A stretch of 64,000 bases of DNA from Candidatus Lustribacter sp. (GTDB taxonomy: Bacteria > Vulcanimicrobiota > Vulcanimicrobiia > Vulcanimicrobiales > Vulcanimicrobiaceae): contig OZ255842.1 of assembly GCA_965277805.1 (NCBI GenBank), forward strand, positions 192,001 to 256,000. Reading direction: 5' to 3'. Made by a program: the position numbers and the translations under genes. Positions 46,700 through 56,336 of the stretch are shown one piece after another. Position 1 is the stretch's first letter. Each line of letters begins with the position of its first letter. Under the pieces are notes generated by a model. The model did no database searches. It was not told the DNA's origin and was given only the letters and a program-made list of their open reading frames with translations.

Positions 46700-47758
46700 A
46701 TGGCACGCGCCAGCAACTCGGCCGCCGATGCGGCGAGCACACCGGCCCGGGAACGCTGCGTCACCTCGTATCCGGTGCGGCGCGGCTATCACCCGGGACC
46801 CCTATATCCGCCGGATGTCTCGCGGCTTGCAGGCGTCGTCGATATTCACGCGCACGCGCATCCGGGACAGCAGGATGCGTTCGCGACCGCGACGTTTGCG
46901 TCGCGTTCGGGGATGCGCGGCATCCTGTTCAAGACGATCGTCGGCAAACCGGATGCGGTGGGCGCGGTGCGCGACGTACAGGAACGCCTCAATCGCTGGG
47001 CCGAGACGGAGGGCGTTACGCCGATCGTCTGCTGGTCGGGTCATATCCTCGGCGCGCGCGGCGCCGAAGTCACGGTCGCCGAAACGCGCCGCGCGCTCGA
47101 TAGCGGCATCACGGCGATTTGGCTGCCCGTGTTCAACCATGCTAACACGCTCAATACCGTCGGCGGCAAGCCCATGTGGTGGGACGCGGGTGCGGATCCC
47201 GATCTCCACACCGCGCCGCTGACGTGGGAAGAGTCGCGGGAGCGCGGCCACTTCCTGCTCGACGAAAACGGCAAGCTGCTCGACGAAGTCCGCGAGATCG
47301 TGCGCTTGTGCGCGGACCGCGACGCGCCGCTGTCCTTCGGTCATGCGACGCACGCCGAGCTGTTTGCCTTGGCCGAGGAGGTGGGACGCATCGGCTTCAC
47401 GCGCGCGGTGATCGATCATCCCTACAGCCCGTTCATCGATCTCTCGATCGACGAGATGCGGCAAGTCGCCGCCTGCGGCGTGACGCTGAACTTCACCTAC
47501 GACGAGCTCTCGCCGCTGCTCGGCATCGATCCGGCGCAGATGTGCGCTGCGATCAAAGCGGTCGGGGCCGAGCACTGCACGCTTTCGAGCGACGTCGGCG
47601 AGCCGCTCTTTCCCAGCACCGTTGAGGCGATGCGCCAGATCTGCGCATACATGGAAGCATTCGGCTTGACGCCCGATGAGCTATGGCTCGTTTCGCGCGA
47701 TAATCCGGCGCGCTTGATGGGTCTCCCCATTTTGGACCGTTCGTGCGTGTCCTCGTGA
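46700..47758 (+). CDS. amidohydrolase-superfamily TIM-barrel protein (DUF6282-like)
   Basis: DIHAHAHP, GMRGILFK, FGHA, IDHP, LSSDVG, NPARLMGL. Start uncertain. Confidence 0.75.
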   Translation: MARASNSAADAASTPARERCVTSYPVRRGYHPGPLYPPDVSRLAGVVDIHAHAHPGQQDAFATATFASRSGMRGILFKTIVGKPDAVGAVRDVQERLNRWAETEGVTPIVCWSGHILGARGAEVTVAETRRALDSGITAIWLPVFNHANTLNTVGGKPMWWDAGADPDLHTAPLTWEESRERGHFLLDENGKLLDEVREIVRLCADRDAPLSFGHATHAELFALAEEVGRIGFTRAVIDHPYSPFIDLSIDEMRQVAACGVTLNFTYDELSPLLGIDPAQMCAAIKAVGAEHCTLSSDVGEPLFPSTVEAMRQICAYMEAFGLTPDELWLVSRDNPARLMGLPILDRSCVSS

Positions 47759-48363
47759 TCTCGACGAGCGAGCCGGCATTTGAGCGGTTCGTGAACTTGA
47801 TGAACGCGATCGGAGCGCAGGTGCCGGGGACGGTCTTCACGTTTGAGGCGATAGCGGAAGCGGCCGCGCTGCCGCAGCTCGCCTCGGGTGCCGCCGACAT
47901 GATCGTGCCGTATCCGAAGTCGCCGCTGGACGGCATGCCATACCTCCTGTCCGCGGCGCCGGTCACCAAAGCGTACTACGTGCTCTACACCAACACGGCG
48001 CGGCCGCTCGATCTCGCGCAAATCGGGCGCTATACCATCGAGGGCCATCGCCGCAACGAGAGCGTGCTAGGGTTGTCGCTGCAGCAGAGTGCCGGCCCCG
48101 AAGCGAGCCTTACCAAGGTGCACGACGGCACGATCGACGGGTACATCAACGCCGAGGGCGCGACCGATCCGGCGCTGCGCGCGCTCGGATTCACGAACAT
48201 CCGCCGCGACCTCTACAAAGAGACGCACAACTACGTCCTCTTAGCGGACACTTCCGCCGGGCGCGACATCGACCGGTTGCTCTCGCAAGCGGTTGCTCGC
48301 GCGGCGGGCACGCCCGGCTACGACGACATGCAGAAGCGCCCGTACGGCGATTGGCAGCCGTAA
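47743..48363 (+). CDS. hypothetical protein, periplasmic-binding-protein type 2-like fold without signal peptide
   Basis: LASGAADMI and VHDGTIDGYI patterns resemble family 3 binding proteins; overlaps both neighbours. Confidence 0.55.
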   Translation: MRVLVISTSEPAFERFVNLMNAIGAQVPGTVFTFEAIAEAAALPQLASGAADMIVPYPKSPLDGMPYLLSAAPVTKAYYVLYTNTARPLDLAQIGRYTIEGHRRNESVLGLSLQQSAGPEASLTKVHDGTIDGYINAEGATDPALRALGFTNIRRDLYKETHNYVLLADTSAGRDIDRLLSQAVARAAGTPGYDDMQKRPYGDWQP

Positions 48364-49220
48364 CTGAACGGCGGGTCGCGCCGCCGGGAAGCTGCGACTG
48401 TCACTTCCACGTTTTCGGAGCGCCGGATGCGTACCCGGTGCGGCACGAGAATCCGCTCTACGCCTTGCCCACGTCGGGTTTGAACGAGGCGCTCGCGATG
48501 CACGCGCGCGTCGGCGTCGATCGCGGCCTGCTCGTGCACCCCACGATCTATACGACCGACAACAGCTTACTCGTCGACAGCCTCGCCGCGATCGGAAACG
48601 CGAACTATCGCGGTATCGCGCTGGTCGACGAAACGACGAGCGACGCCGAACTCGAGCGGCTGCACGCTGCGGGCGTGCGCGGCGCGCGCTTCCACTTCAT
48701 GCCGAAGATCGGCCTCGTGCCGGATTTCGCAAGCTTTCGCCGCACGCTCGAGCGGATCGCTGCCCTCGGCTGGTTTGCGAAAGTCTTCGCGACCGGCAAC
48801 GAGCTGGCCGAAGTTGCGCCGGAAGTCATCCGCGCGCCGCTGCCGGTTCTGCTCGATCATATGTGCAAGATCGACTTTTCGCTCGGCCTCGATCAGCCCG
48901 GGCACAAGCTCGTGTTGGAACTACTCGAACACGATCACGTCTGGCTGCAGCTCTCGAACGGCGATACCGGTCCCGATGGGCCGACGGCGCCGCCTTGGCA
49001 GGCCGCCGTGCCGTTCGGCCAGGCGTACGTTGCGGCGGCACCCGATCGCATCGTGTGGGGCAGCGACTTTCCGCACGTGCTCTACTCGTACTCCGGCAAT
49101 CCGCGCCGGCCGGTGCCCGACGATGCGGACCTCATTCGCTTGCTGTACCGTTATCTGCCCGACGAAGCGGCGCGGGAAACGGTGCTCGTACGAAACCCCG
49201 CCCGGCTCGCCGGCTGGTGA
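48351..49220 (+). CDS. amidohydrolase_2 family, LigI-like
   Basis: CDCHFHVFG, GVRGARF, LLDHM, WGSDFPH, RNPARL. Confidence 0.82.
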   Translation: MAAVTERRVAPPGSCDCHFHVFGAPDAYPVRHENPLYALPTSGLNEALAMHARVGVDRGLLVHPTIYTTDNSLLVDSLAAIGNANYRGIALVDETTSDAELERLHAAGVRGARFHFMPKIGLVPDFASFRRTLERIAALGWFAKVFATGNELAEVAPEVIRAPLPVLLDHMCKIDFSLGLDQPGHKLVLELLEHDHVWLQLSNGDTGPDGPTAPPWQAAVPFGQAYVAAAPDRIVWGSDFPHVLYSYSGNPRRPVPDDADLIRLLYRYLPDEAARETVLVRNPARLAGW

Positions 49221-49245
49221 ACCATCCATCAGAGGAGATAACGTG

Positions 49246-50418
49246 ATGACCTCAGCTCGTTTGCGCATCGCCGTGTGCGCGCTGTTCGCGCTCGCGACGC
49301 TGCTGCCGCGCGCCGCGAGCGCCGTCGATCCCTACGAGATCAACGTGATCTTGCCGCTGACCGGCACGTATGCGTTCGTCGGTAAGGGATCGCAGGCCGG
49401 ACTCGCGGGCGTCGAACAAGTCGTGAACGCGGGCGGCGGCGTGAACGGACGGCCGATCAAGTTCATCGTGACCGACGACGCCTCGAGCCCGCAAAACAGC
49501 GTGCAAATCGCCAACGCGCTGATGACGAAGGGCGTGCCGGTGTTCTTCGCCTCGTCGGTGCAAGACTGCGGCGCGATCATTCCGCTCGTGAAAGACGGCC
49601 CGGTGCTGTACTGCCTCACGCCGGGCGTGCATCCGGCGCCGGGCAGCTACGTGTTTTCGGCAAACGTCGCCTCCGACGTGACGATGGCGGTCGGGATCCG
49701 CTACTTCCACCGCAAGGGTTTGCGCCGGCTGGCGATTCTCGCCTCGACCGATGCGAGCGGGCAGGACCAAGAACACGGTGTCGACGACACGCTCGCGCGT
49801 CCCGAGTATCACGACATGACGATCGTCGCGCGCGAGCACTACGCGCCGCCCGATGTCAGCGTCAGCGCCCAGATGGCGCGCATCAAGGCCGCCAATCCGC
49901 AAGCGCTCTTGATTCTCACCGTCGGAACGCCGCTGGCGACCGCACTGCGCGCGTTCGGTGATTCCGGACTCGATATGCCGATCTTCACCTCAAACGGGAG
50001 CTCGACGTACGCGCAGATGAAGCAGTATGCGGCGTTCGTGCCGAGCAACTTGCTCTTTCCCGATCAGCCGGAGATCGTTCCCGAGGCGGTGCGCGACCGC
50101 GGCGTGCGCGATGCCGCGCTGCTCTTCACCAAGACGCTGACGGCGGTGAACGTCAAACCCGATGCAGTTCCGGCGAACACGTGGGACGCAGCGATGCTGG
50201 TCGTCTCGGCGCTGAAGAAGTACGGCACCGGCATGACCGCATCGCAATTACGTACCTACCTTACCGGCCTAAAAGGCTTTCCGGGCGTGATGGGGCGCTA
50301 CGATTTTACGGCCGTGCCGCAACGCGGGCTCACCGAGCAGTCGGTGTTCGTGGTGCGCTGGGATGCGCAGCGCGATTGGTGGCAAGCGATGAGCGGCGCC
50401 GCCGGTGAGGCGCTTTGA
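49246..50418 (+). CDS. LivK-like ABC substrate-binding protein
   Basis: GAGGAG Shine-Dalgarno; DPYEINVILPLTG, GGVNGRPIKFIVTDD; paralog of 45532..46698. Confidence 0.88.
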   Translation: MTSARLRIAVCALFALATLLPRAASAVDPYEINVILPLTGTYAFVGKGSQAGLAGVEQVVNAGGGVNGRPIKFIVTDDASSPQNSVQIANALMTKGVPVFFASSVQDCGAIIPLVKDGPVLYCLTPGVHPAPGSYVFSANVASDVTMAVGIRYFHRKGLRRLAILASTDASGQDQEHGVDDTLARPEYHDMTIVAREHYAPPDVSVSAQMARIKAANPQALLILTVGTPLATALRAFGDSGLDMPIFTSNGSSTYAQMKQYAAFVPSNLLFPDQPEIVPEAVRDRGVRDAALLFTKTLTAVNVKPDAVPANTWDAAMLVVSALKKYGTGMTASQLRTYLTGLKGFPGVMGRYDFTAVPQRGLTEQSVFVVRWDAQRDWWQAMSGAAGEAL

Positions 50419-50427
50419 GCGAGGACC

Positions 50428-51852
50428 TTACGCGCGCTTCTGAATAGCGAGGGCGGCCGCCGTCGCTTCGGCGGCGACCTGGGCGGCGTTGATGGCCGTC
50501 AGCTTTCCGTGACGTTTGAGGATGCGTCCGTCGACGATCACGGTGTCGACGTTCGCCGGTTCGACCGCTTCCACGATCGTGTGTTCGACGTCGAGCGTCG
50601 GCGCATCGTTGATCGCGCGCGTATCGATCATGATGAGGTCGGCCCGCTTGCCGGGCTTGAGAGAGCCGATCTTATCGTCGATCTGCATCGAGCGCGCGCC
50701 TTCGATCGTCGCGATCTCGATGATCTTGCGCGGCGTGATCTGGAACTCGTTCTGCGTGCGCCCGTCCTCGAGATTCTCGACGACCTTCATGATTCCGAAC
50801 ATGTCGGCGTTCCCCGACAGCGCCGTCGTATCGACCGAGAATCCGACCGTGAGGCTGCCGGCGATGAACGCCCCGACGTTCGAGACGCCGAAGCCGACGC
50901 GCAGTTCGGTGAACGGCGAGACGCTCACCGGCGAGCCGCTCGCTGCCAAGAGCGCGATGTCGCTCGCGGGCGCATCGGTCGCGTGCACGACCTGCACGTC
51001 TTTGCCGAGCATGTTGCCGGCTGCGAGTTTCGAGATCTGATCTTTATTGCGCGGCGTAGAGTGAATTGTAAGCGGAAGGCCCAGCCGGCGCGCGGTTTGG
51101 AATTCGTTCGTCGTGATGGACGTGTCCATCGTGTTGTTCGATGCCGCGATCCCGCGCCAGGCAACGCCGAGCGAAAGCAATCCTTCGGCGGAGTAGGTTT
51201 TCCAATCGCTGTTCAGTGCCGCGAGGTCGGTCAGGTTCATCGATTCGGTGGGCGGCTGCCCTTGGTAGTAGCCGTACGAGAAGCGTCCGCGAATCCCGAC
51301 CTCATGGAGAGCGCGAATGTCGGCGCGCGCATCGGCCGGCACTTTCACGTTGTGGCACCAGTCGTGCACGTGCGTGATCCCCGAGTAGAGCGCCTCGACC
51401 GCCGAAAGCCGCGCGCCTTGATACATGTCGCCCGGCGTCATGACCTTGCCCCACTTCACGATCATCGGAAAGTAGCCGACCGGGGCGGAGTTTCCGGACA
51501 GGCTGCGCGCGAGTGAATTCCACATGTGGAAGTGCGTCTCGACCAGCCCCGGCATGACGATCATCCCGTGCCCGTCGATCACTGTTGCGCCGGGTGCGGA
51601 AAGCGCGCGGCCGACCGCGACGATCTGGCCGTTGCGGACGTGGACGTCGCCGGCGGGCACGTCGCCGATCACCGGATCCATCGAGAGCACGTACGCTCCG
51701 CGAATGACGAAATCGGTGCGCGGCGGAAGCGGTCCGACCGCGGGCAACTTGGCTGCCGATTGCGTTTGGGCCGATGCTGCACCGCCGACGAGCGCGCCGG
51801 CGCCTGCGGCACCGGCAAGTTCGATCAGCCGGCGGCGGCTCAGCAGCTTCAT
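50428..51852 (-). CDS. Tat-exported amidohydrolase (cytosine/SAH deaminase, AtzA-like)
   Basis: SRRRLI Tat motif; MPGLVETHFH, VVHA, SVDT, GSLKPGKRADLI. Confidence 0.85.
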   Translation of the reverse strand: MKLLSRRRLIELAGAAGAGALVGGAASAQTQSAAKLPAVGPLPPRTDFVIRGAYVLSMDPVIGDVPAGDVHVRNGQIVAVGRALSAPGATVIDGHGMIVMPGLVETHFHMWNSLARSLSGNSAPVGYFPMIVKWGKVMTPGDMYQGARLSAVEALYSGITHVHDWCHNVKVPADARADIRALHEVGIRGRFSYGYYQGQPPTESMNLTDLAALNSDWKTYSAEGLLSLGVAWRGIAASNNTMDTSITTNEFQTARRLGLPLTIHSTPRNKDQISKLAAGNMLGKDVQVVHATDAPASDIALLAASGSPVSVSPFTELRVGFGVSNVGAFIAGSLTVGFSVDTTALSGNADMFGIMKVVENLEDGRTQNEFQITPRKIIEIATIEGARSMQIDDKIGSLKPGKRADLIMIDTRAINDAPTLDVEHTIVEAVEPANVDTVIVDGRILKRHGKLTAINAAQVAAEATAAALAIQKRA

Positions 51853-53096
51853 GCGTTAACGCGCTCGAGCATCTGCTGCCACGGCATGTCTTTGGGGATC
51901 ACGCCTTGCGCGCTACGGATTGACGTGTAGTCGGTCGAGCTATCGAGCCCGGGCGGCGTACCGCCGGTCTGGAACGTCTTCACCGCTTCCGACATGCGGC
52001 GCCGCATCCGGATGATCGCGATGTCGGACTGCCCGAGATGCTCTTGCGTGCGATCGGAAATCGCGCCCATCGACTCCACCGCTGCCGTGTCCTGATTCTG
52101 GAAGCCGGCGATTCCGGTGTAGCTGCCGTTCTTCATCGCCGCGCGATCTTGGTTCCAGCGCTGCTTGCGGCCGCCGCGGAAGAACCAATCCTCATCGAGG
52201 TCGACCCCCGGTTCCACTTTGAGCCGCTTGCGCAGCGCGACCGGATCGACCGGCGTACCGTTCTGACTGTGATAGATGTCGAAGAGCATCGTGTTCTCGT
52301 CGTCCATCGGCACGAAGATCGAGGTGTGTGCCGGCAGATTCGGGTCGAGCGGGGGCGGGATCGACGAACTCGACGGCACGTTGAAGATCGTCACGCGCGC
52401 GTACTTGGTCGTTTCGGGATCGACGTTCGGGACGCGGATTGCGGCATAACGGAAGCCGTACGGCGTGTCTTCGGCCTCGAGACGCGGCGAGGCATCGCTC
52501 GATACTTCGAAGCGCTTGTCCCAATCGCGCGAGCTGCCGCTGTGCAGATACCACGAATGCGCCGAGTCGATCGCGCCTTCGACGGCTTGCAAGTAATTGG
52601 AGCGGTAGCCGGATTTCGCGACGCCGACTTGGTTGGCCGGATAAGCGGTCCACGGAAAAGACGGGAACGGCGGCTCGTGCTCGCGCGGCCCGAGATAGGC
52701 CCACACCATGCCGGCAACTTCACGCGTTGGATAGGCGACCGCTTTGAGGCGCTCTTTGTAGCCGCGGTCGTCGGGCTCCGTCGGCATGTCCATGCAGTTG
52801 CCGTCCACGTCGAACTTCCAGCCGTGATAGACGCACCGGATGCCGCACTCTTCGTTCCGTCCGAGCACGAACGACGAGAGGCGATGCGGACAGCCCGCGT
52901 TCAGCACGCCCACGCGTCCGTTGGTGTCGCGGAAGGCCACGAGCTCGAGCCCGGTAACGCGCACCGCGGCCGGCGCGCCGTCAGGTTCGAGCTCTTCGCT
53001 CAGCACCATCGGTAGCCAATAACGGCGGAACATCTGCCCCATTGGAGCGTTGCCCTCGACCCGGGTGAGCAGTTCGTTCTCGGCCTGTGACAGCAT
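51849..53096 (-). CDS. Rieske oxygenase alpha subunit (phthalate 4,5-dioxygenase-like)
   Basis: CPH...CVYHGWKFD, EGAIDSAHSWYLH, NQDTAAVESMG, EHLGQSD. Confidence 0.9.
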   Translation of the reverse strand: MLSQAENELLTRVEGNAPMGQMFRRYWLPMVLSEELEPDGAPAAVRVTGLELVAFRDTNGRVGVLNAGCPHRLSSFVLGRNEECGIRCVYHGWKFDVDGNCMDMPTEPDDRGYKERLKAVAYPTREVAGMVWAYLGPREHEPPFPSFPWTAYPANQVGVAKSGYRSNYLQAVEGAIDSAHSWYLHSGSSRDWDKRFEVSSDASPRLEAEDTPYGFRYAAIRVPNVDPETTKYARVTIFNVPSSSSIPPPLDPNLPAHTSIFVPMDDENTMLFDIYHSQNGTPVDPVALRKRLKVEPGVDLDEDWFFRGGRKQRWNQDRAAMKNGSYTGIAGFQNQDTAAVESMGAISDRTQEHLGQSDIAIIRMRRRMSEAVKTFQTGGTPPGLDSSTDYTSIRSAQGVIPKDMPWQQMLERVNA

Positions 53097-53154
53097 GCTG
53101 GATCTCCTCGATGAATAGCAAGGAATAGGTTATTCCATCGGGCACTACGGAGCA

Positions 53155-54102
53155 ATGACCTCTCGGCGTACATTTCTCGGCGGTGCGGCCGCTAGTACTG
53201 CTCTGCTGGCACCCGCGCGTTCCCGTGCCCAGGCCCTCACGACGGTCCGCTGCGGTTCGGTGCCCGTTGACGGCTACGGGCAGCCGTACTACGGCTACGC
53301 GGCAGGGATCTTCCGCGACGCCGGGATCGATCTGCAGGTCGTCGATCTCGCCAACTCCGGTGCCATCGCAGCAGCGATCACGGGCGGTTCACTCGACATC
53401 GGCCTCGGCAGCCCGAGCCAGATCGCGGGTGCGAAAGAGAAGGGCCTGCCGTTTACGTTTTTCGCGCCCGGCGCCGTCTATACGGCCGACGCGCCGTCGT
53501 CGCTGTTGATGGTACTGAAAACCTCGCCCATTCAGACGGCGCGCGACCTGATCGGCAAGACGGTCGGCGTCGATAACCTCACGAGCTTCACGCAATTCGC
53601 GACGCTCGAGTGGCTCAAAAAGAACAACGTCGATCCCAGTACCGTCAAATTCGTCGAGATGCCGTTCTCATCGATGCCGAGCGCGCTCGATGCCGGGCGC
53701 CTCGATGCCGCGCTGATCTCGGAACCGGCCAAGAGCGCGGCCCGCGCGACGGCCCGCGTCGTCGCCGACACGAACGCCGCGATCGCGCCGCAGTGGTTCA
53801 TCTCCGTCTGGTTCACGACCGAGTCGTGGATGACGGCAAATCTGGCGCTCGCGCATCGGCTCGCTCGTGCCGTCGTGCAAACCTCGATTTGGGCGAACGC
53901 GCACCACGCCGAAACGGCGGCGACGCTCGAGCGGGCAACGAAAATGCCGCACGAGATCATTCTCGGCATGCAGCGTGCGCGTTTCGGCACGAAGCTCGAC
54001 GCCGCGCTGGTCGACCCGCTGATCCAGGTGGCCGCCAAGAACAACATGATTTCCGCCGTGATTCCGGGGCGCACGCTGATCTATCCCGGATTCGCGAGTT
54101 AA
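53155..54102 (+). CDS. SsuA/THI5-like ABC substrate-binding protein, Tat signal
   Basis: MTSRRTFLGG; DLIGKTVGV; VKFVEMPFSSM; RLDAALISEP. Confidence 0.86.
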   Translation: MTSRRTFLGGAAASTALLAPARSRAQALTTVRCGSVPVDGYGQPYYGYAAGIFRDAGIDLQVVDLANSGAIAAAITGGSLDIGLGSPSQIAGAKEKGLPFTFFAPGAVYTADAPSSLLMVLKTSPIQTARDLIGKTVGVDNLTSFTQFATLEWLKKNNVDPSTVKFVEMPFSSMPSALDAGRLDAALISEPAKSAARATARVVADTNAAIAPQWFISVWFTTESWMTANLALAHRLARAVVQTSIWANAHHAETAATLERATKMPHEIILGMQRARFGTKLDAALVDPLIQVAAKNNMISAVIPGRTLIYPGFAS

Positions 54103-54105
54103 AGC

Positions 54106-55050
54106 GTGACCACACGTCGCGATCTCATCGCTGCTGCGGCGCTCTTCCCACTGGCGGTTGCCGCGTTGCCGGCTCGTGCCCAGAGCGCGCCGCTGCGCGT
54201 CGGCGTCGTGCCCACCGACACTTACGCGCAGGCGAACTTCGGCGTCCAAGCGGGGATCTTTCAGCAGAACGGCCTCGCGCTCGAGGTTACGGTGTTGGCG
54301 AATGCCGGCACCGTCGGCGCTGCGGTTGCGAGCGGTGCGCTCGATATCGGTTGCGGGTCGGTCGGCCAGATCGCTGCCGCGCGCGAGAACGGTGTGCCGT
54401 TTTATTTGATCGCGCCGGGGGCGCTGTTCAACGCGAAGGCACCGCCGGCCGAGTTGCGCGTCGCAACGTCGTCGACGCTGAAGACCGCGCGCGACCTCAA
54501 CGGAAAAAACGTCGGCATCGATAATTTGCGCGGGTTGCCGCAGATCTCAGTCGACACGTGGGTGCAGAAGAACGGCGGCGATGCATCGAGCCTGAAATAC
54601 CTCGAAGTCCCGTTTCCGGCGATGGCCGCGGCCCTGCAAGCCGGCCGCGTCGATGCGGCCGTGATCGCTGAACCGGCATTGACGGCAGCCCGCAACTCAA
54701 CGCGCCTGCTCGCCAACACGCTCGAGGCGATCGCGCCGTCGTTCTTCATCAGCGTCTGGTTTTCGACGAAGCCGTGGATCGCTCAAAACACCGCGCTCGC
54801 GCACCGCTTCGCCGCCGCCATCGGCCAAAGTGCGGTCTGGGCGAATGCGCATCACGCCCAATCGGCGCCGACCCTCGTCGCGATGACCAAGATATCGCCC
54901 GAGGTCGCGGCAACGATGAACCGGGCCTACTTCGGGACCAACCTCCGGGCGAATCTCCTCGACCCGATCTTGATGGTGAGCCAACGGGCCGGCGTCACCA
55001 AAACGACCGTTCCCGGCTCGTCGCTGATCTACGACGGTTTCGCAAGCTAG
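54106..55050 (+). CDS. SsuA/THI5-like ABC substrate-binding protein, Tat signal (tandem paralog)
   Basis: MTTRRDLI; similar to the upstream paralog along its length, including the C-terminal LIYxGFAS. Confidence 0.86.
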   Translation: MTTRRDLIAAAALFPLAVAALPARAQSAPLRVGVVPTDTYAQANFGVQAGIFQQNGLALEVTVLANAGTVGAAVASGALDIGCGSVGQIAAARENGVPFYLIAPGALFNAKAPPAELRVATSSTLKTARDLNGKNVGIDNLRGLPQISVDTWVQKNGGDASSLKYLEVPFPAMAAALQAGRVDAAVIAEPALTAARNSTRLLANTLEAIAPSFFISVWFSTKPWIAQNTALAHRFAAAIGQSAVWANAHHAQSAPTLVAMTKISPEVAATMNRAYFGTNLRANLLDPILMVSQRAGVTKTTVPGSSLIYDGFAS

Positions 55051-55096
55051 CAGGCGCGTTTGGCAGCCCCGGCCGCTGCGGTATGAGGTAGCGACC

Positions 55097-55312
55097 ATGC
55101 AACCTGCGACGAACGACCTCGATACGATCACCGTGCAGCTCGCGCGACCATTGGCGCGGCGTCTGCTAACCGCAATCGAAATGCTTAGCCAAAGTACGAC
55201 CGCGGAGCGCCCCGAGTTCGATGCATTACGCGAAGCGATCAAGAGCGGCTTCGAACGCGCCATCGCCCCCGAAACCAACGACCGCGAACCCATCGAACGC
55301 GAACTGATCTAA
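55097..55312 (+). CDS. small hypothetical protein, possibly ribbon-helix-helix-like
   Basis: GAGG Shine-Dalgarno; fills the gap between two genes; TITVQLARPLARRL strand-then-helix pattern. Confidence 0.5.
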   Translation: MQPATNDLDTITVQLARPLARRLLTAIEMLSQSTTAERPEFDALREAIKSGFERAIAPETNDREPIERELI

Positions 55313-56280
55313 GCGAGAATTTTTTGCGCCGTCTCGCCGAGGATCATGCGTTTTTGCGCTTCGGTGAGGTCGGCGCAGCGGTTGATGAAGCCGACCGGAT
55401 CGGTTTCGCCGACCGCGTAATCCGAGCCGAGGGTTAGGCGTTCCGGCCCGAGGATCTTCAGTACTGACGTGAGGACGCCCGGGTCGTACACGCAGGTGTC
55501 GTAGAAGAAGCTCTTGAGATATTCGCTCGGCAAGCGCGACATGTTCTTCATGTTGCCGGGCATGTTCTTCGCATTCTTGTCGAGCCGGCCCACGTAGTGC
55601 GGGAAATAACCGCCAGCATGCGTCACGACGATCTTCAAGCGCGGAAAACGATCGAGCATGCCGTCGAAGATCATCGATGCGAGGAACTTTGCCTCTTCGA
55701 ACGAGACGCCGAGCGAGTTCCAGAAACCGTAGCGCTGGAACCAGTCGCATTTCGGGCCTTCCGGATGCATGAAAACGGCGACGTCGCGATCTTGGACCGC
55801 TTCCCAGAACGGCGCCCATGCCGGATCGCCCATATAGCTGCCGCGCACGTTCGAAGAAAGGTTCACCACGCCCAGTCCGAGATCGTCGACGGCCCGCGTA
55901 AACTCTTTGAGCGCCAGATCGAGATCTTGCAGCGGCAGCACGAAGCTGCCGATGATGCGGTTCGGATAGCGTGTCGCCCAGTCGGCAGCGACGTCGTTGA
56001 GGCGGCGGGTGAAGCCGTTCTCGACGGCGGGCTCCGCCCACGACGTCGGCGAGAGAACGGTCGTCGACGAAAGCACCATCTTTGTGATGCCCATGCGGTC
56101 CATGTCTTCGATGATGCGTTCGGGGTCTTGCATGTTGGCGAAATTGCGCACGATTCCAGGCGAAGCCGGATGCGCGCCGAAGCCGGTCGCCGGCGAGTGT
56201 TGATGGCACTGGTCGAGAACGTCCCCGACCATGTAGTGCGCGTGGAAGTCGATGACCGGTGAAGGTTCGGCGTTGTCCAT
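55309..56280 (-). CDS. amidohydrolase_2 family decarboxylase/hydratase (ACMSD/LigW-like)
   Basis: IDFHAH, FMHP, THAGGYFP, FYDT, LGSDY. Confidence 0.85.
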   Translation of the reverse strand: MDNAEPSPVIDFHAHYMVGDVLDQCHQHSPATGFGAHPASPGIVRNFANMQDPERIIEDMDRMGITKMVLSSTTVLSPTSWAEPAVENGFTRRLNDVAADWATRYPNRIIGSFVLPLQDLDLALKEFTRAVDDLGLGVVNLSSNVRGSYMGDPAWAPFWEAVQDRDVAVFMHPEGPKCDWFQRYGFWNSLGVSFEEAKFLASMIFDGMLDRFPRLKIVVTHAGGYFPHYVGRLDKNAKNMPGNMKNMSRLPSEYLKSFFYDTCVYDPGVLTSVLKILGPERLTLGSDYAVGETDPVGFINRCADLTEAQKRMILGETAQKILA

Positions 56281-56336
56281 GACCGCGCGTTTCGACGATA
56301 ATCGACACGTTACCGTTTGTCTGGAGTACGAGAAGA

